64,000 bases of DNA from Planctomycetota bacterium (GTDB taxonomy: Bacteria; Planctomycetota; PLA2; JAEUHO01): assembly GCA_050248855.1 (NCBI GenBank), contig JBFWRP010000007.1, positions 64,001 to 128,000 of the forward strand, given 5' to 3'. The position numbers and the translations under genes are program-made. Every line of letters begins with the position of its first letter. The stretch's first letter is position 1. A model generated the notes under the pieces. That model did no database searches and was not told the DNA's origin. It worked only from the letters and a program-made list of their open reading frames with translations. Of this stretch, positions 8,790-19,109 are shown one piece after another.

Positions 8790-9710
8790 GTGGGACGGAT
8801 CCGCATCGACTACGCCGACATCGTCGCCAAGGCGCGCCCGCACGAGGACGTGAAGCGCGTGGGCGCGGCGATCGAGCGGCTCTCGGCCACGTGGCGCGAG
8901 GGTCGGGACGACTTCGGCTACGAGGACGACGCCGCACGGGCGGCGTACCTCTGGCACCTCGTGCCCGCGCACGTCTGCGATGCGGCGCGGCTGGCCGCCA
9001 CGAAGCTCGACACGCTCGACCGTGAACGCCTGGACGTGCTGTGCCTCGGCGCCGGTCCCGGCAGCGAGGTGCTGGGCCTCGTGGAGGCGATCACTGCGGC
9101 GAAGGCCTCCGGCGCGCTCGAATCCCTGCGCGACGTGCGCGTGCGTCGCGTGGACCGCGTGGCGCGCTGGGAGCGGGAGATGCGCGCCCTGGTCGAGGCC
9201 GCAGAGCCGGCCTGGCGCCTGCGCTGCCCCGACGTGGGCACCTCGTGGACGCTGCATCTGGACGAACCGTTGCTCGTGGCGGACCTGCTCGGGCCCGCGC
9301 CGGAGGCCGTGCGGGAAGCGGCGGCGCAAGCGGATCTCGTGCTGGCCTTCAACCTGGTTTCCGAGCTGCCGCCTCGCGCCGAGCCGGAGCTCCCGGCGGG
9401 TGCACGCGACGGTCTCGTCCCGCTGCTGGCGACGGCGCTCGGGCGCGGGGCGGAGGCCTGGATCGTGGACCGCGCCGGTGCCCCCCATGTGCCGCCGCGC
9501 TTTGCGGCCTTGCGCGACGCGCTGGCCGCGACGATGCGGCTGGACGTCACGGGCCCTCGCACGCGCCAGTCACGCTGTGGTTGCGCCTTCTCCCGCCGTG
9601 CCCGCCAGCTCTACCGCCACGTCCACCTGCCCACGACCAACCAGGAGGACGGCCCCGTGCGCAACTGCCGCACCTTGTGGATGGCACTGCGGAAGGCCAG
9701 GGCATCCTGA
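8790..9710 (+). CDS. Putative class I SAM-dependent methyltransferase (Rsm22-like)
   Basis: 'AAYLW' followed by motif I 'VLCLGAGPGSE'; 'ADLVLAFNLVSEL'. Operon-like spacing with the NUDIX gene. Confidence 0.6.
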   Translation: MGRIRIDYADIVAKARPHEDVKRVGAAIERLSATWREGRDDFGYEDDAARAAYLWHLVPAHVCDAARLAATKLDTLDRERLDVLCLGAGPGSEVLGLVEAITAAKASGALESLRDVRVRRVDRVARWEREMRALVEAAEPAWRLRCPDVGTSWTLHLDEPLLVADLLGPAPEAVREAAAQADLVLAFNLVSELPPRAEPELPAGARDGLVPLLATALGRGAEAWIVDRAGAPHVPPRFAALRDALAATMRLDVTGPRTRQSRCGCAFSRRARQLYRHVHLPTTNQEDGPVRNCRTLWMALRKARAS

Positions 9711-9740
9711 CGGCCGCGCGCTTCGTCGCGGGAGACCGTC

Positions 9741-9902
9741 GTGAACCTCCGTCGCCTGCTGCCCATCCTCCTGATCCTCAACGTCGTCGTGCTGCTCGGT
9801 CAGCTCGCGCCCGAGCACGCACCGCCCTTCGCGCGCGTCGTCAACATCGTCTTCCTGGTCGGCAGCCTCGCCTGGTTCGTGGACGCGTGGCGTAGGCGGT
9901 AG
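9741..9902 (+). CDS. Small 53-aa two-TM membrane protein (absent from the ORF track)
   Basis: GGAG RBS and GTG start. Translation MNLRRLLPILLILNVVVLLGQLAPEHAPPFARVVNIVFLVGSLAWFVDAWRRR. GC3-rich codons. Confidence 0.7.
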   Translation: MNLRRLLPILLILNVVVLLGQLAPEHAPPFARVVNIVFLVGSLAWFVDAWRRR

Positions 9903-9924
9903 CACCCAGCGCCGTGCCGTGCGC

Positions 9925-10632
9925 TCAGGGCAGCCAGGGGCCCAGGTCCGCGAGAAGCGCCTCGTAGTCGCCGTCGTCGCGGACGGTCTCGCGCAGCCGC
10001 TCGTGGAACAGGGTGGCGAAACGCTTGCGTGCGCGGTGGCGTAGATGCACGAGCTGCTCGGGGCTCTTGCCGAGACGCTCGCCCAGGTCTGCGCTGCCTT
10101 CCCCGTCGGTGCGCAGGAGATCCGCCACGACCTCGGCGTAGTCCGTGTTGGTCGCACGCATGGCCCCCAGGGCCTGCTGCACGACCATCTCCACGAGGTC
10201 CGCGTCCAACGACTCGGCCGCTTCCTTGCCCGCGACGCCCTCGAGGGCCTCCTCGGGGGCCCACGCACCGGGGTCGCGCTTCTGCGCGGATTCATGCTCG
10301 AGGTGCCGCCAGACCAGGCGCTTGAGCTGCACCTGCAGCCACGCACGGAAGCAGCGGACGTCGGCCATCTCGCGTTCGAGCCAGCCCTTGTCCAGGGCCT
10401 GGTGGAACCAGGTCTGCACGAGGTCTGCGGCCTCGGCGCGGGCCCGCTGGCCCCCGCTGCGGCGTAGCACACGCTCGACGTAGCGCTCCATGGCGGGCGC
10501 GTACAGCGTGAACAAGTACGTCCACGACGTCTCCCAGTCGGGCCCTTCGCGATCGGCGAGGCGCGGCAACATGGAGCGCCGCGTGGGGATGGACGCCAGA
10601 TGGTCGATGCCGCCGACGATCGTGGCCCTCAT
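9925..10632 (-). CDS. ECF-type sigma factor (planctomycete kinase-associated type)
   Basis: 'PTRRSML', 'W..LF.LY.PAM', 'AADLVQ', 'FRAWL', 'AQKR' and a C-terminal HTH. ATGA overlap with the kinase stop. Confidence 0.75.
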   Translation of the reverse strand: MRATIVGGIDHLASIPTRRSMLPRLADREGPDWETSWTYLFTLYAPAMERYVERVLRRSGGQRARAEAADLVQTWFHQALDKGWLEREMADVRCFRAWLQVQLKRLVWRHLEHESAQKRDPGAWAPEEALEGVAGKEAAESLDADLVEMVVQQALGAMRATNTDYAEVVADLLRTDGEGSADLGERLGKSPEQLVHLRHRARKRFATLFHERLRETVRDDGDYEALLADLGPWLP

Positions 10633-13600
10633 TCCGACTCCTCCAGCAACCTTGCCAGCTCGGCGCGCCACGCACGAACCTGCTGGGCGTGTGGACCGTC
10701 GTCTCCCTCTGGCGGCTCCGCGAGTGCGGCCGTGCGAAGGGCCCGCGACCAGTCATCGTGGAGCACACGGCGCAGCTCGGGGGAGGCGCTGGGCAGATGC
10801 GCTCTTCTCTCGAGAAGCCACGACCCGACCGCCGTCTGCAGCAGGAGCTCGTCGCCGCCCGCATCGTCCAGGGCGTGGAGCAGGCACTCGTTGGTCCTCG
10901 CGATGACGCGCAGCCACAAGGCCTCGTCCCCCTGGGCGTGGACGAGCGCATGGCTGGCAACCCGCTCCAGGATGGCGACCTCGCTCCGCGCGGTCGGAAG
11001 GCGAGCCCACACGTCCACGAGATGCTCCCACGCGTCGAGGACCGCCCCTCGGGAGGCCGGATCGCGTGCGAGTCCGCTGTACGCCACGGTGAAGGCCTCG
11101 ATGACGCGGAACCGTGGGTTGTCGGGGTCGGCTTCTCGCAGCCGCGCAGCCAGCTCCATCGCGGCGCGCCGGTAGCCCACGGCGGGCAAGGGAGTCGGCA
11201 GGCCGCGCGCGGCCAGCTGCGACATCGTGTGGTGCGAAGAGATCGCGATGTTGAGCCAGGTTCCGTGCTTCGCGTCGACCTCCAGGAGGCGGGAGATCGA
11301 CGCGGCCACGAGCGGACCGTCGCGAACCTGGACCGCGTCGGCCTCCGGACGCTTGCCCAGCGGGCCCTCGTACCAGCCGATGCGTCGGGCCATCAGGGCC
11401 ACGTGATCGCCCACCCAGGCCAGGTTGTCCGGACGCAGGACGGCGAGCTCACCGAGTCCTGCAATCGCCTGCTCCATGTCGGCGACCGCCTCGTCGTGGC
11501 GATCCAGCCGCAGGAGGACCGCGGCCCTGGCAGCGAGGGCGCGAGCGAGCATGCGCCGGGCCCGCAGGTCCTCCGGGTCGCTCGAGGCGAAGCCGCGCGC
11601 TTCGGCCAGGGCCCGATCGGCCAAGGTGATGTCGCCCTGGCTCTGCGGCGCGATGGCGCTCATGTGCGCGCGGAGGATGGTGAGCTCGACCGGCAGGCTG
11701 CGCAGCTCGTAGCGCGACTCGCGACCCGGATCGAGCCGCTCCAGCGCCCCGCCCGCCAACGCCGCCGACTCGTAGGCGTCCTGGTACGCACCGGCGAGCG
11801 TGAGCAACGAAGCGCGGGTCGCGTAGGCACGCGCGCGGAGCTCCGTGGCCGTCTCGTCCACGGCCGTGCGCGCCACGGCTTCCAGCAACGCGAGGGCATC
11901 GTCGGTCCGCTTCCGACCCTGCGGTGCGAAGCCGCGCGCATGATCGACCTCGGCGAGGGCCACGAGGGCCTCGGCGCGCCGGAGCAGCGCGCGCGTGTGC
12001 TCGGGGTGCGCGTCGCCGTACGTCGCAGAGGCCTGCTCGGCCTCCTCGAAGGCGGCCCGTGCATCGGGCAGATGGCCGCGTTGCAGCTCGGCGCGGCCGA
12101 GGTCCAACAGCACGCCGATGCGCCGTTCGAAGCGCGCGGGCGGATCGCCCACCACGGGCTGGGCCGCATAGTGGGCACGCGCCTGGCGACCCAGCTCGAC
12201 CAGCTCGGCCGTCTGGGCCCGCGCCGCCAGCTGTTCGCGGACCTCGTCGACCATGAAGCGCATCGTGGCCTCGGCACTCTCGCGCTGGAGGGCCTCGCGG
12301 GCTTCCGCGTCCCGCGCCACGCGCCGCGCGTCCTCGGCCTCGCGGCGCCGACCTTCGACCACCCACGCCACGGCCGAGGCCACCACGACCAATGCCAGGG
12401 CGGCCACGGCGGCGACACGGCGGCCCAGGCGGCGCCGGGCCTCGCGCTCCGCGCGTTCGACGGCCTTCCGCGCAGCGGCTCGCGTGGCGTCGAGCAGCTC
12501 GGAGGCTTCCGCATGGCCCGGCCTCAGCTCGAGGACGCGGTTGCAGGCCGTGGCGGCGCGCTCCAGCTCGCGTGCCGCCAGCGGCGCGTCCGCATCCTCG
12601 GCCACGGACAGCGCCGTGCGCGCTTCGCGGCACCACGAGGCGACTTGGCCCTCGGCCGCGGCATCGCGCTGCCACGTACGGATGGCGGCCGCCAGGTCGT
12701 CCACGGACGCCGGGCGTGCGTCGCGGGCCACGGCCAGGGCCGCATCGCAAAGGGCCGCGAGCGCCGGCGGCGCTTCGGGCTCGACCTCGAGGACGGGCGG
12801 TGGCGCCTCGGCCGCCACTTGCGCCAGGTAGGCCGGCCCGCGCCCCGGGTCCAACGGAAGGTGGCCCGTCAGGATCTCGTGCAGGATCACCCCCAGCGCG
12901 TAGACGTCGGCGCGCTCGTCCAGCGCGTCGATCTCGCCCCGCGCCGCTTCGGGGGCCAGGTACCCGGGTGTGCCGATGACGGACGTCAGCGTGCGCAGAT
13001 CGCGCACCGAGCGGAACTGCTCGACGCGCTGGCGCCAGCGGGTCGCCGCGTGATCGACGCTGCCCACGAGCTTGGCCAGGCCCCAGTCGAGCACGACCAC
13101 CTCGCCGTACTCGCCAAGGGCCACGTTGTCGGGCTTGAGATCGCGGTGGATCACGCCGCGGCTGTGCGCGTAGCGGATGGCGTCGCAGACCTTGAGCAGG
13201 GGCTCGAGCAGGTGCAGGCGCTCGCCCACGGGCTTGCCGCGCGCTTCGTCCAGTGCGTCCGCCAACGTGCGCCGTCCGCGCACGAAGCGCATCGTGTAGT
13301 ACGGCACCCCGTGCTCGGTCGCGCCGATCTCGTACACGGGCACGATGCCCGGGTGCTCCATCCCGCCCGTGATCCAGGCCTCCATGAGGAAGCGCGCCAC
13401 GCCCGCCTCGAACGTCTCGCGCTCGGACGTATCGCCCGTCGGAGCGTGGAAGCCGATCGGAGCCGGCGGCGTGACGCCGGCATCCGCGGCCGGGCCGGGC
13501 GGGCGCAGCACCTTGAACGCCACCGCCCGGTTCATCTCGCCATCGAGCGCCCAGTAGACGACGCCCATGCCGCCCTGCCCCACCGGCAGGTAGTCCACGT

Positions 13601-13988
13601 AGCGATCGGGGGCGACCGGGCGCAAGGGGTGCCGCGAACGCGCTCCCAGCTTGCTCAAGCTGCGCGAGACCTTGTCGTCGCGCCGCGAGATCGCCGCACG
13701 CAAGCGACCGTCCATGCCCCCGCGCGCGTCGAGCGCGGCACGGGACGTCCCGTGCCGCACGCGCAGCTCGCCCGCGCGCGCCCGCAAGCCCTCGACCTGG
13801 TCAGGCGCGAGACCTGCCGACTCGGCGAGGGCTTGGGCCAGCGCGCCGGCGCGCCGCGGGGCCTTCCCGTCCCACGCCCGCAGCAGCGCCATCGCGGCCT
13901 GCCGCCCGTCCACCTTGCCCTCGAGCAGGGCCAGGTCGAGCAGCAGCAGGTCCGCGAAGGCGTCGTCCTCTCCCGGCACGAGGGTCAT
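10629..13988 (-). CDS. Membrane-anchored Ser/Thr protein kinase with C-terminal TPR-like repeats
   Basis: GQGGMGVVY, VAFK, HPGIVPVYE, HRDLKPDN, DWGLAK, GTPGYLAPE, DVYALG. One hydrophobic segment, then helical repeats. Confidence 0.92.
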   Translation of the reverse strand: MTLVPGEDDAFADLLLLDLALLEGKVDGRQAAMALLRAWDGKAPRRAGALAQALAESAGLAPDQVEGLRARAGELRVRHGTSRAALDARGGMDGRLRAAISRRDDKVSRSLSKLGARSRHPLRPVAPDRYVDYLPVGQGGMGVVYWALDGEMNRAVAFKVLRPPGPAADAGVTPPAPIGFHAPTGDTSERETFEAGVARFLMEAWITGGMEHPGIVPVYEIGATEHGVPYYTMRFVRGRRTLADALDEARGKPVGERLHLLEPLLKVCDAIRYAHSRGVIHRDLKPDNVALGEYGEVVVLDWGLAKLVGSVDHAATRWRQRVEQFRSVRDLRTLTSVIGTPGYLAPEAARGEIDALDERADVYALGVILHEILTGHLPLDPGRGPAYLAQVAAEAPPPVLEVEPEAPPALAALCDAALAVARDARPASVDDLAAAIRTWQRDAAAEGQVASWCREARTALSVAEDADAPLAARELERAATACNRVLELRPGHAEASELLDATRAAARKAVERAEREARRRLGRRVAAVAALALVVVASAVAWVVEGRRREAEDARRVARDAEAREALQRESAEATMRFMVDEVREQLAARAQTAELVELGRQARAHYAAQPVVGDPPARFERRIGVLLDLGRAELQRGHLPDARAAFEEAEQASATYGDAHPEHTRALLRRAEALVALAEVDHARGFAPQGRKRTDDALALLEAVARTAVDETATELRARAYATRASLLTLAGAYQDAYESAALAGGALERLDPGRESRYELRSLPVELTILRAHMSAIAPQSQGDITLADRALAEARGFASSDPEDLRARRMLARALAARAAVLLRLDRHDEAVADMEQAIAGLGELAVLRPDNLAWVGDHVALMARRIGWYEGPLGKRPEADAVQVRDGPLVAASISRLLEVDAKHGTWLNIAISSHHTMSQLAARGLPTPLPAVGYRRAAMELAARLREADPDNPRFRVIEAFTVAYSGLARDPASRGAVLDAWEHLVDVWARLPTARSEVAILERVASHALVHAQGDEALWLRVIARTNECLLHALDDAGGDELLLQTAVGSWLLERRAHLPSASPELRRVLHDDWSRALRTAALAEPPEGDDGPHAQQVRAWRAELARLLEESE

Positions 13989-14169
13989 GGGCGCATCCTA
14001 CGCAACGGCGTCTCCTGGGGGTCCTGGGCCAGCCCCTGGCTCGGGAGTGGTCCCCCCTCCTGTCGAGTACGGGTCCGCCCGCGTCGATCGCAGGGGGGAC
14101 CGCACTGCGATCGGTCGTGGCAGCTGCGCACAGGTCCGGTGGGCGATGGCCGCCCCTCGGAGACCCACC

Positions 14170-14379
14170 ATGCGTCGCATCCTTCGCCTCGTCCCCCTGG
14201 CCCTTGTCGTGACCTTGGCGTCCGTGGCGGGAGGCTGCAAGCCCGCCGCGCGCGTGATCACGCGTGGGGTCGTGATCAAGAACATCCGCGACCAGCAGCG
14301 GGAGCAGCGCCCGCAGCTCGTGCGGGGGACGCGCCCCCCGGCCGTCCAGCAGCGCTGGCGCGCGACGCAGGGGCAGTAA
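14170..14379 (+). CDS. Small basic putative lipoprotein (69 aa)
   Basis: GGAGA RBS. MRRILRLVPLALVVTLASVAGGC signal/lipobox-like segment, then an Arg/Gln-rich mature part. Confidence 0.55.
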   Translation: MRRILRLVPLALVVTLASVAGGCKPAARVITRGVVIKNIRDQQREQRPQLVRGTRPPAVQQRWRATQGQ

Positions 14380-14392
14380 GGCCGCGTACTCC

Positions 14393-15784
14393 CTACGCCA
14401 GTCCCATCCGCAGGAGGGCGTGGGCCTTGAGGTCGGCGAGCGTGCGCACGCGGTCGCTGTCCGCCCTGGTGCCCGCGATGAAGACCGGGCCATCGTCGCC
14501 GTCCAACGACAGCACGCCGTGGCTGCCCTTGACGAGCGTGGCATCCAGCGGCACGACGTCCATCTTCATGCGCAGGCCCAGCTTCTTCTGCAGCAGGCGC
14601 CGCGCCACACGCAGCTGCGGGATGCGCAGCGTGGGATCGACGAACAGCTCGCAGGGGTCGTAGCCGGGCTTGCGGTGGATGTCGACCGTGCGTGCGTAGT
14701 CAGGCGCCTTCGCATCGTCGAGCCAGAAGGGATACGCGAACCAGGCATGCGGCTTGGCGAGCAGCACGAGCTCGCCGCTGCGCGGGTGCTCGAACCCCAT
14801 CGCGACGCGGGCGTCGTGGTCGAGCACGCGTCCGACCTCGGGCAGTCCCTCCAGCAACGCGGCGACTTCCGCGACGTCCACGGCCTCGCGCACGTAGACG
14901 TGGGCGATCTGGTGGTCGCAGACGGCGAAGGCGCGGCTGCGGAACACGTCGAGCCCTTCGCCGAAGGGCCCGTCACGGACCTCGAGCAGGCCCGCCTCGC
15001 GCAGCACGCGGTTGGGCCAGGCCACGTCGTCCACGGGCAGCAGCCCGTACTCGCTGAACACGACGACTTCGGTCCCCGTCTCGGCCGCCGCGTCGAGCAC
15101 GAGGCCCGCCGCCTCGTCGACCTCCCGCACCCGATCGGCCGTGCCGGGCGCGTGCGGACCGAACCGCTGCAGGTCGTAGTCCAAGTGCGGCAAGTAGGCG
15201 AACGTGAACGAGGGGCAATGCGTGCGCAGGGTCCACGCGGTCGCACGTGCGATCCACGTGGTGGCCGGCAGCCCGGCGCGCGGCCCCCAGAAGGAGAAGA
15301 ACGGAAACGGTCCCAGCGCGCGCTCGAGCCCCGCCGGATAGTCGACGGGGTCACCGTGGATGCCGAAGACCTTGCTGCCGTCGCAGCCGTACCAGGGCTT
15401 GGGCGTGACGCTGTAGTCGACGGGCGCGCCCTGGTTGAACCAGGCGAACACCGTGGCGCTCGTGTAGCGCACGCCGCGCTCGCGGGCGCGCTTGCGGGCT
15501 GCGACATGCACCGTCTCGCCCTGCACGAGCCGGTGCGACTGGGGCCAGAAGCGCACCTCACCGAGGTCGCGGTGGAACCAGCCGTTGCCGACGATGCCGT
15601 GGCCGCTTGGCGTCAACCCCGTGAGCGCCGTGGCTTGTGCCGTGGTCGTCACGGCGGGCACGACGCCCCCGAGGGGCCTGGACACACCCTGCTTGGCCAG
15701 CGCCGACAGCCGCGGCGCATGCTGCAGCAGCCGCGGCGTCAGCCCGACCACGTCAAGCCACAGGAGGGGGCGGACCGTGGGCAA
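14393..15784 (-). CDS. Alkaline phosphatase superfamily nucleotide pyrophosphatase/phosphodiesterase (EboF-like)
   Basis: LDVVGLT, PAVT (nucleophile), HGIVGNGW, YLPHLDYDLQRFGP, SEYG, DHQIAHVY, DIHRKPGYDPCELF, KGSHG. Confidence 0.85.
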   Translation of the reverse strand: MPTVRPLLWLDVVGLTPRLLQHAPRLSALAKQGVSRPLGGVVPAVTTTAQATALTGLTPSGHGIVGNGWFHRDLGEVRFWPQSHRLVQGETVHVAARKRARERGVRYTSATVFAWFNQGAPVDYSVTPKPWYGCDGSKVFGIHGDPVDYPAGLERALGPFPFFSFWGPRAGLPATTWIARATAWTLRTHCPSFTFAYLPHLDYDLQRFGPHAPGTADRVREVDEAAGLVLDAAAETGTEVVVFSEYGLLPVDDVAWPNRVLREAGLLEVRDGPFGEGLDVFRSRAFAVCDHQIAHVYVREAVDVAEVAALLEGLPEVGRVLDHDARVAMGFEHPRSGELVLLAKPHAWFAYPFWLDDAKAPDYARTVDIHRKPGYDPCELFVDPTLRIPQLRVARRLLQKKLGLRMKMDVVPLDATLVKGSHGVLSLDGDDGPVFIAGTRADSDRVRTLADLKAHALLRMGLA

Positions 15785-15837
15785 GCCCAGAGCCTACCCG
15801 CGGCGTGCGCGTCGCGGGGACGGCAGTGCCGAAACGA

Positions 15838-15872
15838 GACGACCCCCGCGACCGGGGATCGCGGGGGTCGTC
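15838..15872 (-). terminator. Hairpin terminator downstream of groEL
   Basis: Perfect 14-bp stem GACGACCCCCGCGA/TCGCGGGGGTCGTC with a 7-nt loop, followed by TCGTTTC on the minus strand. Confidence 0.7.
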
Positions 15873-15897
15873 GCGCAGGGTGGCTGACGTAGGGACG

Positions 15898-17559
<1,662 letters not shown>

Positions 17560-17610
17560 GCGAGGTCTCCTTCGAGGTCGGCGGGTTGGCGTGGCGCCGG
17601 GAGGGAGGGG

Positions 17611-18003
17611 TTACTTCTTCTTGCCCTTGGCCTTCTTGGCCGAAGCGCTCTTGCCGGCGGACGCCTTGCCCGCTTCGGCCTTCGCGCCACCGGCCGCCTT
17701 GGCGAACGGGGCGTCGTCGACGACGGCGAGGATCTCGCTCGCCTCGAGGATCAGGTACTCCTTGCCGCCCTCCTTGATCTGGGTTCCGGCGTAGGAGCTG
17801 AACAAGACGCGGTCGCCGACCTTGACGGCGAGCGGGACGCGCTGCCCGTTGTCGCGGGCCTTGCCCTGGCCGACGGCGATGACCTTGCCCTCCGTGGGCT
17901 TCTCCTTGGCGGAGTCGGGCAGCAGGATGCCCCCGGCGGTCTTGTCGCTGGCCTCGATGCGCTCGAGCAGCACCCGGTCGTTGAGCGGCTTGATCTTGGA
18001 CAT
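17611..18003 (-). CDS. groES: Co-chaperonin GroES with a Lys/Ala-rich C-terminal extension
   Basis: [29 protein letters not shown]-like segment, [15 protein letters not shown]. Tail [30 protein letters not shown]. Confidence 0.97.
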   Translation of the reverse strand: MSKIKPLNDRVLLERIEASDKTAGGILLPDSAKEKPTEGKVIAVGQGKARDNGQRVPLAVKVGDRVLFSSYAGTQIKEGGKEYLILEASEILAVVDDAPFAKAAGGAKAEAGKASAGKSASAKKAKGKKK

Positions 18004-18039
18004 GGTTCCCTCGTCGGTTGCGTCACGGAAAGGGTGTGG

Positions 18040-18438
18040 CTACCGCGTCCGCGTGTCGCCGCCGGTAGCCACCGCCAGGGCCGCCGCCAACGCGGCCGGC
18101 GCCCAGGGGTGGGGTACGACGGCGCCCACGCCGGAGCGCAGCGCCTCGAACCAGAGGGCCCGGCGCTCGTCGCGCAGGAGCAGGACCAGGCGCCTGCCGA
18201 CCCACGGTCCGACCCGCTGCCAGGTCGGCTCGCCGTCGACCCCCAGCCCGCTGTCGAGCAGGCTGGCCGCGAAGGCCTCCCGCTCGTCCCGGAGCCAGGC
18301 GATGGCTTGGTCTGCGTCCGCGGCGAAGCGCGGCCGGAACCCCGATCCCCTCACCCACCCCTCGAGGTCGTCACGGACTTTGGGGTCCGCTTGGACGTCG
18401 GGGCCCACGGCCACGAGGACGGCAGGCGGGGGGAGCAT
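18040..18438 (-). CDS. Degenerate single-domain response-regulator receiver
   Basis: Receiver-like pattern 'AADADQAIAWL..ASLLD..LVLL..EALRSGVGAVVPHPW'. The canonical KP reads HP. Confidence 0.55.
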   Translation of the reverse strand: MLPPPAVLVAVGPDVQADPKVRDDLEGWVRGSGFRPRFAADADQAIAWLRDEREAFAASLLDSGLGVDGEPTWQRVGPWVGRRLVLLLRDERRALWFEALRSGVGAVVPHPWAPAALAAALAVATGGDTRTR

Positions 18439-18564
18439 GGGGGCCCCCTGGGCAAGCCGGATGCCGCCCGTCCGCCCAGGCTGCCCTTCACGCACAAGTC
18501 GATACAGGAAAACGACTTGCGCGATCAAGACCGGGGCTGTGGCCCCCCGTGCGCACGCCAGGAC

Positions 18565-18610
18565 CTGACAGGCTGGCAGGGGTTCGGGCGCCCCTGACTG
18601 ACAAGCTGGC
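18565..18610. promoter_or_regulatory. Two 13-bp direct repeats (CTGACARGCTGGC), candidate operator upstream of receiver-groES-groEL
   Basis: CTGACAGGCTGGC at 18565-18577 and CTGACAAGCTGGC at 18598-18610, a 33-bp period. Confidence 0.45.
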
Positions 18611-18621
18611 GCTGGAGCTCG

Positions 18622-18963
18622 CTACGGCGCCGCGAAGCTCTCGAGGGCCTCGCTCTCCGACGGGAAGTGGCGGAACGCGTGGACGAGGCCCGTGATGTTG
18701 AACAGCCGCTCGACGAAGTCGTGGAGGCCGAACAGGCGCAGGTCGCCGCCGGCCTCGCGGAAGTTCTTGAGCGCCCAGACGAAGGTGCCCAGCACGTTGC
18801 TGTCCATGAAGCTGACCTTGCGCATGTCGGCAGCGATGCGCACGTCCTCGTCCTGGCGCATGCGCACGAAGAGGCGCTTGAGCTCGGCGTCGGCCGCTCC
18901 GCTCAGGTCGCCCTCGAAGCGCAGCAGGCAGACCCCGGGGCGTTGCTCGAGCTCGTAGTCCAT
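18622..18963 (-). CDS. STAS-domain anti-sigma factor antagonist (SpoIIAA/RsbV-like)
   Basis: GDL, 'VSFMDSNVLG' with the conserved Ser after Asp, 'GGDLRL', 'LFNITGL'. GGAG RBS. Confidence 0.9.
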   Translation of the reverse strand: MDYELEQRPGVCLLRFEGDLSGAADAELKRLFVRMRQDEDVRIAADMRKVSFMDSNVLGTFVWALKNFREAGGDLRLFGLHDFVERLFNITGLVHAFRHFPSESEALESFAAP

Positions 18964-19109
18964 GGACGTCTCCGCCGGTTGGAGTGCGACGAGGTCGCGT
19001 TTCCGCACGCATCCTGCCTCGGGAGGGAACGAACGGCCAGCGTCCGCGCCCCGCCAGCCCCGGACGGATGGCCCCGAGGCCGGCCGCCCCGTCCCCTAGA
19101 ATCCGGGGC

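Noticed and set aside
18004..18620. CIRCE/HrcA operator upstream of groES
   Set aside because: No TTAGCACTC-N9-GAGTGCTAA-like match was found by eye.
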